Source: Chiloscyllium plagiosum (Eukaryota). From it: 20,000 nt of DNA. Positions 9,597 through 17,764 of the stretch are shown one piece after another. The translations under genes and the position numbers were made by a program. Within the stretch, counting starts at the first letter, position 1, and the number at the start of each line of letters is the position of its first letter. Under the pieces are notes generated by a model. The model was not told where the DNA came from and did no database searches. It saw nothing but the letters and a program-made list of their open reading frames with translations. The stretch covers positions 9,039,313 through 9,059,312 of the forward strand of contig NC_057758.1 of the NCBI RefSeq assembly GCF_004010195.1, in the 5' to 3' direction.

Positions 9597-10809
9597 GGGA
9601 GAAAGTGAGGAATGCAGATGCTGGAGATCAGAGCTGAATATGGGTTGCTGGAAAAGCGCAGCAGGTCACCCAGCATCGAAGGAGCAGGAGAATCGACGTT
9701 TCGTATATGAGTCCTTCTTCAGGAATGAGGATAAGTGTGCCAAGCAGGCTAAGAAGGAGGGGCGTTGAAAATGCGATAGGTGGAAGGNNNNNNNNNNNNN
9801 NNNNNNNNNNNNNNNNNNNNNNNNNNNNNNNNNNNNNNNNNNNNNNNNNGGGTGGTTGGGTTGGTTGGTCCGGGTGTCCCAGACGTGTTCTATGAAATGT
9901 TCCGCAAGTAGTCGGCCTGTCTCCCCAATGTATAGGAGGCCACATCTGGTGCAGCGGATGCAATAAATTATGTGTGTGGAGGTGCAGGTGAATTTGTGGC
10001 GGATACGGAAGGATCCCTTGGGGCCTTGGAGGGAAGTGAGGGGGGAGGTATGGGCGCAAGTTTTGCATTTTTTGCGGTTGCAGGGGAAGGTGACGGGAGT
10101 AGAGTTTGGGTTAGGGGGTTTGTGGACCTGACGAGGCAGTCACGGAGGGAGTGTTCTTTTCGGAACGCTTTTCTGGAGGGAAGGGAAATATATCCTTGGT
10201 GGTGGGATCCGTTTTGGAGGTGGCGGAAATGATGACGGATGATACGATGTATATGAAGGTTGGTGGGGTGGTAGGTGAGGACCAGTGGTGTTCTGTCCTG
10301 GTGGCGATTGGAGGGGCGGCGCTCAAGGGCGGAGGAGCGGGAAGTGGAGGAGATGCGGTGGAGAGCATCGTCGATCACGTCTGGGGGGAAATTGCGGTCT
10401 TTGAAGAAGGAGGCCATCTGGGTTGTTTGGTATTGGAACTGGTCCTCCTGGGAGCAGATGCCGCGGAGACGAAGGAATTGGGAATATGGAATGCGTTTCT
10501 ACAGAGGGCAGGATGGGAGGAGGTGGAGTCTAGGTATCTGTGGGAGTCGGTCGGTTTATATTAAATTTCCGTGTTGATTCTGTCGCCCGAGATAGAAATG
10601 GAGAGGTCCTGGAAGGGGAGGGAGGAGTCTGAGACGGTCCAGGTAAATTTGAGGTCGGGGTGGAAGGTGTTAGTAAAGTGGATGAACTGTTCAACCACCT
10701 CGTGGGAACACGAGGCAGCGCCGATACAGTCATTGATGTAGCGGAGCAAAAGGTGGGGGGTGGTGCCAGTATAGCTGCCGAAGATGGATTGTTCCACATA
10801 TCCTACGAA
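9597..10809 (-). mobile_element. 5'-truncated Penelope-like retroelement (RT C-terminal half, Cys-rich linker, GIY-YIG endonuclease, terminal repeat); spans the assembly gap
   Basis: Minus strand: YVEQSIF..LLRYINDCIG (YIDD mutated)..FHPDLKFTW..LPFQDLSI..*YKPTDSHRYL..FFKDRNFP..TPLVLTYHP..PCNRKKCKTC..FTCTSTHIIYCIRCTRCGLLYIGETGRLLAERF; stops and frameshifts present. Confidence 0.93.
9788..9849. other. Assembly gap (62 N)
   Basis: Run of n. Confidence 1.
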
Positions 10810-11088
10810 TCTGTGAAACCTTTGGACTCGCCATCAGCTTTCATTGCTATTTGTCATTGGGTTATTTCAGAAACCTGTTCTGGCAAATCTGACAGAAATC
10901 TTATTTCAGCGTCATTAAAAGCTACGCATGACATTTTCAACTATGGAATGAGTGAAGAAAATCTTGCATTGTTTCTCCAATCTTCTGCTGTTTCTCGTAG
11001 CAATTTTCACCAATAATTGTTAAAAATAAGACAGGATCTATGACACATTGTCCTGTTTCTATCATACTGAGAGTAAATGCAAATTTGA

Positions 11089-11224
11089 GGAGAAAGTGAG
11101 GACTACGGATGCTGGAGATCAGAGCTGAAAATGTGTTGCTGGAAAAGCGCAGCAGGTCAGGCAGCATCCAAGGAACAGGAGAATCGACGTTTCGGGCATA
11201 AGCCATTCTTCAGGAATGGCTTAT
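11089..11224 (-). mobile_element. Solo Penelope terminal repeat insertion with 16-bp target-site duplication
   Basis: Closely similar to 9597-9726; flanked by gtaaatgcaaatttga (11073-11088) and gtaaatgtaaatttga (11225-11240). Confidence 0.88.
11182..11217 (-). ncRNA. Minimal hammerhead ribozyme-like motif in Penelope terminal repeat
   Basis: Minus strand auuc CUGAAGA a uGGC-uuau-GCCc GAAAC GUC gauu: CUGANGA and GAAA cores, stem II, palindromic ACGU stem III, GUC triplet. Confidence 0.65.
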
Positions 11225-11838
11225 GTAAATGTAAATTTGACCATCTGTGTTACAGTCCTTAACTCTGTCCAATGATTGCCCTCACAATCTTGAATGATAA
11301 CAGTTACAGATTAGAGAACGATGCAGGCAAATGAATTGCGATGATCTTGGACAGGTCCTTTAGGGAATGATAAAGGTGGAGGCGAGTTCTAGGTACATGT
11401 CGTTCAATGTAATACCTGTTTTAATATCGTTTGGTGGTGGTTTCCTTCTTGATGAACGGTTCTATACAAGAAAACATTAATTCAGGCAGTACTTCAATGA
11501 TTATTGATTGACGTTTGTGCAAAGCGTCCGGTGTTTGATACATTATGTCAATCTCCGACGATGCAAGAAAATATTGAATACTTTCTGCATTAACCAGTGC
11601 CTGGTACAGTATATGACCAAGAACATTTCATTTTCTCCCACTTCACACTGTAAGATTTACGAATCTCTTGGTGGAACTTTGTTTTGAGTCATACATTGAA
11701 AGTGGGATTCATTCTATCTCTGAATCTTGCTGTCTGTCATTGTGGATTGCCGCTTTTATTTCAGACTCTCTGGTTTTGTGCATGAAAATGACATCCACTC
11801 TGCACTGAGGCCCTGCTCAACTTTGAGTGTACACCCCC

Positions 11839-11938
11839 ATTTGCAGAACACCTCCGGTCAATGTAAAGCATGATCCCAATCTCCCCGTAGCCCAGTCATT
11901 TTAACACAGCACACTGCTTGCAAGCCCGTATGTCTTCA
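11839..11938 (+). mobile_element. Short Penelope GIY-YIG C-terminal fragment (different subfamily)
   Basis: FAEHLRS..KHDPNLPVA/HFNTAHC, comparable to the VAGHFNSPSH motif near 17590. Confidence 0.65.
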
Positions 11939-11943
11939 GTACA

Positions 11944-12242
11944 CCAGAACTAGAGGGCAGAGGTTTCAGGTGAGAGGGGAAAGATATAAATGAGACCTAA
12001 TGGGTAACGTTTTTATGCAGAATGTGGTACCTGTATGGAATGAGCTGCCAGAGGAAGTAGTGGAGGCTGGTACAATTGGAACATTTAAGAGACATTTGGA
12101 TTGGTATATGAATGGGAAGGGTTTGGAGGAATATGGGCCGGGTGCTGGCACGTGGTACTAGATTAGGTTAGAATATCTGTTCGGCATGGATGCCTTGGAC
12201 CAAAGGATCTGTTTCCATGGTGTACATCTCTACGACACTAAG
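11944..12242 (+). mobile_element. CR1 LINE 3' end fragment
   Basis: actagagggc..gtatggaatgagctgccagaggaagtagtggaggctggtac..ctgtttccatggtgtacatctctacgacactaag. Confidence 0.92.
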
Positions 12243-12262
12243 ATGTTCATGGATAGCGATAT

Positions 12263-12770
12263 CATGGAAGGCAAACTATAGAAATATTAGGCAGGAACAG
12301 GAAAATTCTGATTGGAGGCAGGTATTTCAGCGTAAAACTACATCGGACATGTGGGATTATTTCAAACAGCAGTTGACAAGATTTCAGGACTGGCACATTC
12401 CTGGGAGAATGAGGGATATGAATGGCAAGATATATAAGACTCCGATTACCAGGGATGTTAAGACCTTAGACAGCAAGATAAAGGAAGCATTTGTAAGGTC
12501 GAGGACAATGGAAACTGATGAAGCCAATGTAGTATGTAAGGAAAGTGGGAAAGAACATAAGCAAGGAATTAGAAGGACTAAAAGGAGTCATGAAAGATCG
12601 TTAGCAAACAGGATGAAGGAGAATTCGGTGGTTTTTAAAATATGTGTAAAAAGCAAGAATATAGCCAGGGAAAGAGTTGGCCAACTCAAGGACCGAAACG
12701 AATACTTTGTCTCAATATTCAGCAAAGAGAATAAATTGGTGGAGGATGATCTCAGGGACGAGAGTGTCAC
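12263..12770 (+). mobile_element. CR1 ORF2 linker fragment (between endonuclease and RT)
   Basis: WKANYRNIRQE..DW..MWDYFK..IRRTKRSHERSLANRMKEN..KSKNIARERVGQLKD..NEYFVSIFSKE; homologous to the ~18600-19000 region. Confidence 0.85.
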
Positions 12771-13034
12771 AGTGAGTTAGATCCATTGTCCTTTCCACCC
12801 TCTGTGATCGGGAGTCAGAGTGCAGGGATGGATGGTGAAGTAGAAAGAGAGACAGATAGCGAAGGTGGTATTGCTGTAGACAGATCACTTTACTCAGTGA
12901 GGAACTGTTGAAATGTCACTGAAGGATTTCGTCATGACTGACCTATCATGAAGAGATGGTGGGAAATTAAGAATGAAAAATTGTTTTTCATAAGAGCTAA
13001 TGGTATGCAAAGTATGACGTTTGTTGTTGCTCAA

Positions 13035-13345
13035 GGGATAGAGACTGTGAAATAGAGATAGAGAGAAGGATGGACAGAACATGTGTGAGAGAGAAAGGAT
13101 TGAGAGCCACTGATTAAGATGGTAGTGAGATAGCAATGATAAACCATAAAACGGAAAGGGAGAGGGGGGATAGAGAGAAAAACAGCCATTGGGAGAGAAA
13201 GAGAGAAGGTCAGTGAGAAAAGGGAAGAGGGACTGTGACAGAGATCAAGACAGACAGAGCGAGATGGAGGGATAAAAATAGGGACCGCAAGAAAGAGAGA
13301 CACTGAGTCATTGAAACAGATCGGGGATAGAGCGAGAGAGATCAT
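13035..13345. repeat. GA-rich low-complexity tract (further tracts at ~13605-13700 and ~14445-14590)
   Basis: Degenerate (GA)n/(GACA)n runs. Confidence 0.75.
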
Positions 13346-13699
13346 CAAGCTGTGTGTTCACTGATGCTGATGCGCCATTTGTGATTAGCTGTGTGATGTG
13401 ACAGTCAGGGATTAGATGAGGTTTACACCTCATTGCAACTTGTACGCCCTCCACTAGTCTGGCACATCTTAGCCAAAGAGGAATGGGTATGGACAGACAC
13501 AGCCTGGGCACCTTGACTCCAGCCCAGGTCACCTCGGGCCAGGAAATGGCAGCGGGGGAATCTGGACAGTTCTGATCCATGTCAGAACAACACGGTTGTT
13601 CTCAGAGTGAGGCAGAGAGAGACACGAGACAGAAAGACAGCTGTGGAAAGATAGAGAGAGAGATGGACAGATAGACAGAGAGGACTGAAACAGATTGAT

Positions 13700-14446
13700 C
13701 AGTCTAACCAGTCTATCCCAAACATAATCCCAAACTGAACTAGTCCCACCTGCCTGCTGCTGTCCCATATTCTTCCAAACCTTTCTTGTTCATATATCCA
13801 TCCAAATGTCTTCTAAATGTTATTATTGTTCCCACATCCACCACTTCATTGGGAAGTTCAATCCACATGTGAACCACCCTCTGTGTAAGAAATTTATTTT
13901 TGATGTCTCCTTTAAATTTCTCTCCTCAGAAATGTGCCCCCTTGTCTTGAAATTCCCCACCTTAACGAAAAGACAACCACCATAAACTTGATCTCGTTTA
14001 TGGTTATTTTACAAACTTAAGTCAGGTCGGCCCTCTCAACCTCCTATGCTCCTGTGACAAAAGTCCCAGCTTATCCTGACGACTTGAATGTTCCATACCC
14101 AGCACAATCCTGGTAAATCAGTTCTGAACCCCCTTCACCTTGCTAACATCCTTCCTGTAACTGGGCGACCAGAACAGGAAACGGTATTCCAAAAGAGGCC
14201 TCACCAATATTCTGTACAATCTCAACATAATATCCCAACTGTTAAACCGAAAGAACTAACCAATGAAAACAAGCGTGCCAAACACTTTTTAACCATCCTG
14301 TCCATCTGTGACACAGACTTTAATGAACAATGAACGTGAACTTATCGATCTCTTTGTTCTGCACCACTACATAAAATCCCACTATTAATTGTAAAAGACA
14401 TACCCTTGCTTGTTGTACCAAAATACAATAGCTCGCATTTATCCAG
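13700..14446 (-). mobile_element. CR1 LINE 3' fragment with internal deletions
   Basis: Reverse complement has ggataaatgcgag..ttttggt (DKC..HFG region), ttgtacagaatattggtgaggcctcttttggaatac (LYRILVRPLLEY), ttctggtcgcc (FWSP), cagagggtggtt, ggcaggtgggactag. Confidence 0.88.
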
Positions 14447-14619
14447 AGAGAGAATATGTGAGAGAGATCAAGACAGCAGAGAGAGCGAGGGATAGAAATT
14501 GAGCAACAAATAGAGAGAGTCAAGAGATTTGGCAATTGAGAGACAGAAAGGGAAATAGAAAGACTCAGAGGGAGTGAGAGACAAACACAGATCACATCAG
14601 TTGTGTTTTGCTGTTGCCT

Positions 14620-15003
14620 GTCAGGGAGTGTGATGCCCCACTTGCCTGGATGGCTGCAGCTCCAACAACACTTAACATTGACAATGATCAGGACTGCTTA
14701 ATTGGTACTACATCCACACCCTCCACCACGGACATTCAGAAACAGCAGTGGGGACTATCACCACGGACATTCAGAAACAGCAGTGGGGACTATATACAAA
14801 ACGGACTGCAGAAAGTCACCAACGATCCTCAGACAGTACCTTCCAAATTGACGACCACTTCCATCTGGAAGGATTAGAACAGCAGATGAATGGGAACCCC
14901 ACCCCCTGCAAGTTCCCCTCCAAGCTAGTCGCCACCCTGGAAATATATCAGCCATTCCTTCAGCGTCACTGGGTTAAACTCCTGGCATTCCCTCCCAAAG
15001 GGC
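14620..15003 (+). mobile_element. Second CR1-superfamily LINE, ORF2 C-terminal fragment
   Basis: PLAWMAAAPTTL..LIGTTS..LHH..; ttccttcagcgtcactgggttaaactcctggcattccctccc (SF...W.SLP); same family as 654-850. Confidence 0.75.
14724..14793. repeat. Perfect 35-bp tandem duplication
   Basis: caccacggacattcagaaacagcagtggggactat x2 (14724-14758, 14759-14793). Confidence 0.97.
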
Positions 15004-15019
15004 GAAGACATTGAGGCTA

Positions 15020-15265
15020 CGAGGCATTAGATTTAAAAGAATGATGAGGAGGAATTATTCCCTCAACTGATTTTGAAACAATGGAATTCATTTCTCACAG
15101 TGCGTTAGATGTCAGTTCATTGATTAAATTGAAAAAAGGGCACAGACAGAGTGTTAATTACTAACTGATTGACAAGCGGAGTTAAGGCTGAGGTGTGATC
15201 AGCCACGGTCGTATTAAAGGGTGGGTCAGGCTTGAATTGCAGACACCTGCTACTCAATCTCAAGT
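15020..15265 (+). mobile_element. Decayed CR1 3' fragment
   Basis: gatgaggaggaattattc..tggaattc..tgatcagccacggtcgtatt..caggcttgaa parallels 2891-3095. Confidence 0.6.
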
Positions 15266-15353
15266 TCCTTCCGTAGTGTGTCAGTGAGATCCCTTCAGCA
15301 TTAGCATCAGAGAGCACAATGAGGAGAGATAGAGAGATGGAGAACTCTAATAA

Positions 15354-15587
15354 GGCGACTCTATGTGGAGTTTGCGCATTCTCCCCGTGTCTGCCTGGGT
15401 TTCCTCTGGGTGCTCCGGTTTCCTCCCACAATTCAAAAATGTGCAGGCTAGGTGAATTGGCCATGCTAAATTGCCCGTAGTGTTAGGTGAAGAGGTAAAT
15501 GTAGGAGAATGGGTCTGGGTGGATTGCGTTTCGGCGGGTCGATGTGGATTTGTTGGGCAGAAGGGCCTGTTTCCACACTGTAAGTAA
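15354..15587 (+). mobile_element. HE1-like SINE, 5'-truncated
   Basis: gtggagtttgcgcattctccccgtgtctgcctgggtttcc..ggtgaattggccatgctaaattgccc..gaagggcctgtttccacactgtaag. Confidence 0.9.
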
Positions 15588-15896
15588 GCTCAGTAATTGC
15601 ACAAAGATTAATCCTGGTTTGACCTGTACACGAGGAAGCTGAGATCCAGGAGTTGAAAAGTGCTTGGATGAGCTCTGAGTTGTAAAACAGTAATCTGTTT
15701 GAGCGACAGGGCTAGAGACAGAAAGACATTCAAAAAGGCACCATGAATTATCTCGTATGTATACAGGAACCAGTCTAACAGAAATAAAGTACAAAAACGC
15801 TCCTCTCCATTTGATTAAAATATGCTCCCCAATACTAACTCCACGATTAAACTCAGATTAATGTCTCATCAAAAATAAGTATTTGTTTCAACATCT

Positions 15897-16178
15897 GGCT
15901 TGGCTCAGTGGTTAGCACTGCTGCCTCACAGCACCAGCGACCTGGGTTCAAATCCAGCCTTAGGCTGTGTGGAGTTTGCATGTTCTCCCCGTGTCTGCGT
16001 GGGTTTCCTCCCACAGTTCAAAGGTGGGCAGGTCAGGTGAATTGGCCATGATAAGTTTTCCATAGTGTTTGGTGCCTTATTCAGAGTGAATTGAATCTGG
16101 GTGGGTTACTCTTCGGAGGGGCAATGTGGACTTGTTGGGGCTGAAGGGCCAGTTTCCACACTGTAGTGAATCCAGTCT
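15897..16178 (+). mobile_element. HE1-like tRNA-derived SINE, near full length, with Pol III A and B boxes
   Basis: A box TGGCTCAGTGG 15901-15911; B box GGTTCAAATCC 15945-15955; 3' end gaagggccagtttccacactgtag. Confidence 0.92.
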
Positions 16179-16379
16179 GAAAAAAACGTGAGCATCCATT
16201 ACCTTCAAACGAGACTGCTCCTCGATTCATTGATCTGGATGATTGAACACAGAAGGTTGGCAGGTTGCAAAGCCCCAGTTGTACAAAGGAATAATGTCGA
16301 TGCGCTGGGGTGGACAACCTCAATAAATTGATTTAGTTACAAATAAAGAAATAGATTCATTTAGCTAAACATCAGAATC

Positions 16380-16535
16380 ACGCACGCGCAGGAGGTAGTT
16401 TGCGCCTTCCATTGACTTGCATCACCGTTGGTCAATGGGAATCCATGGAGGACGGAAGTAAGCTGGGCCGCCAGGCAATCAGCGCTCCCCTCCTGTCTGA
16501 ATGCGGAAGTTGGACAATGAAGCTGCTGATTGGGG
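16380..16535. promoter_or_regulatory. Candidate promoter/enhancer motif cluster
   Basis: CGGAAGT (ETS-type) at 16453-16459 and 16504-16510; reverse CCAAT box gctgattgg 16525-16533; NRF1-like cgcacgcgca 16381-16390; locally more CpG. Confidence 0.35.
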
Positions 16536-16769
16536 CCCAGAGAAGGTGCTGCTGCTCTCCATCTCTCACTGAATGACGATGGAGCTTCACCCAGACTGAA
16601 CTATCCTCCATTGGGAAATCATCTGGGAGCATTTTATTGTTTTTCTGTTCTTTTCTCATTTGCGATTAAACTGCTGACTTGCAAGAATTGCACGTTCAGA
16701 AAGTGAATCCAGGGAAGGGAACATTATCTCGAAAGTGAGGTCCATTTCTCCCGCTCTGTAAAAGCCAGT

Positions 16770-16890
16770 GACATCGGTTACTGTTCTGAGGAAGGGTCAC
16801 TCGACCCGAAACTTTAAACTTTGCTTTCTCTCGACTCATATTGCCAGACCGGCCGAGCTTTTCAAGCAATGCCTGCGTGTGTTTGTGTCA
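16770..16890 (+). mobile_element. Solo Penelope-associated terminal repeat (second subfamily)
   Basis: Hammerhead core followed by ttgccagaccggccgagcttttcaagcaat, related to the reverse complement of gctggaaaagc.cagc.ggtcaggcagca in the other terminal repeats. Confidence 0.7.
16783..16819 (+). ncRNA. Minimal hammerhead ribozyme-like motif
   Basis: GUU CUGAGGA a GGGUC-acuc-GACCC GAAAC uuua AAC: intact cores, perfect 5-bp stem II, GUU/AAC stem I; stem III not palindromic in this copy. Confidence 0.65.
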
Positions 16891-17090
16891 TCCTTTACTC
16901 AGCCAGTTTGGCGCACTCGTTTGTCAGACTAGCAAAATTATGTCATTTCATAATGTTTGTAATTAAAAAGGGTGATTTCCAGGCAAGAGCTGGCAATGTG
17001 GTGAGGCAATAAATTAATATCAGGTTGAGCTATGACTTTCTTTGTCATACTGTACATATTTGGAAATACCATGCGAATATAACATCCACC

Positions 17091-17742
17091 AGGAGAGAGT
17101 GAGGATAGCAAATGATGGAGGTCAGAGTCAAGAGTGTGGTGCTGGAAAAGCACAGCTGGTCAGGCAGCATTCGAGGAGCGGGAGAAGCGACGTGTCGGGC
17201 ATAAGCCCTTCATCAAGAACGAGGATTGTGGGCTGGGGGCTGAGAGATAAATGGGAGGGTGTTGGGACTGGAGGAAGGTGGGTGAGAATGTGAGAGGAAG
17301 ATGAAGGTGGGGGAGAAGGTGATAGGTTGGAGAGGTGGGTGGAGTGGATAGATGGGAAAGGCGATGGACAGGTCAAGAGGGCAGTGCCGAGTTGGAAGCT
17401 TGGGACTGAGGTAACGTGGGGGAGGGAGAAACTGGTGAAATCCGCATTAAGTCCGTGTGGTTGCAGGATCCCAAGGCGAAAGATGAGGCGTTCTTGCTCT
17501 AGGCGTAGGGTGGTTCGGGTTTGGCAGTGGAGGAGGCCCAAGATCTGCAGGTCCTTGGCGGAGTGGGAGGGGGAGTTGAAGTGTCCAGCCACGGTGTGGT
17601 TCCAGGAGTCCATGCGGAATCAGTAGGCAGTCACTGAGGAAGATGATGTGGCTGTGGTAGCGAGTCTGCTTCAGGACGTGGCTGAAAGATTTAGAGCTGA
17701 ACACTTCAATTCCCCACCCCACTCCTTTAAGGACTTGCATGT
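17091..17742 (-). mobile_element. Internally deleted Penelope-like element with terminal repeat and short inverted segment
   Basis: Terminal repeat 17091-17220; minus-strand VAGHFNSPSHSAKDLQILGLLHC..RLEQERLIFRLGILQPHGLNADF (GIY-YIG C-terminus); adjacent FSHVLKQTRYHSHIIFLSDCL; plus-strand inverted AEHFNSPPHSFKDLHV at 17696-17742. Confidence 0.85.
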
Positions 17743-17764
17743 GGGTGGCGAGAGGGGGCGGCGT

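Noticed and set aside
9972..11016. Plus-strand ORFs over the Penelope element
   Set aside because: Antisense shadow frames of the minus-strand retroelement ORF
12190..12780. 196-aa ORF as a domesticated gene
   Set aside because: Start lies in a CR1 3' UTR and the rest is a CR1 linker fragment with an internal deletion; no sign of selection visible
13570..13602. Short hairpins (agaacaac-acg-gttgttct and ttctga..tcagaa)
   Set aside because: 6-8 bp stems with no supporting context; plausible by chance in 20 kb
13031..13768. Ser/Leu-rich minus-strand ORFs
   Set aside because: Translations of (CT)n low-complexity sequence and CR1 UTR
14724..14793. 35-bp repeats as a CRISPR array
   Set aside because: Only two abutting units, no spacers, eukaryotic LINE context
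15897..15960. tRNA gene
   Set aside because: A and B boxes belong to the tRNA-derived SINE head, which continues into SINE body and tail
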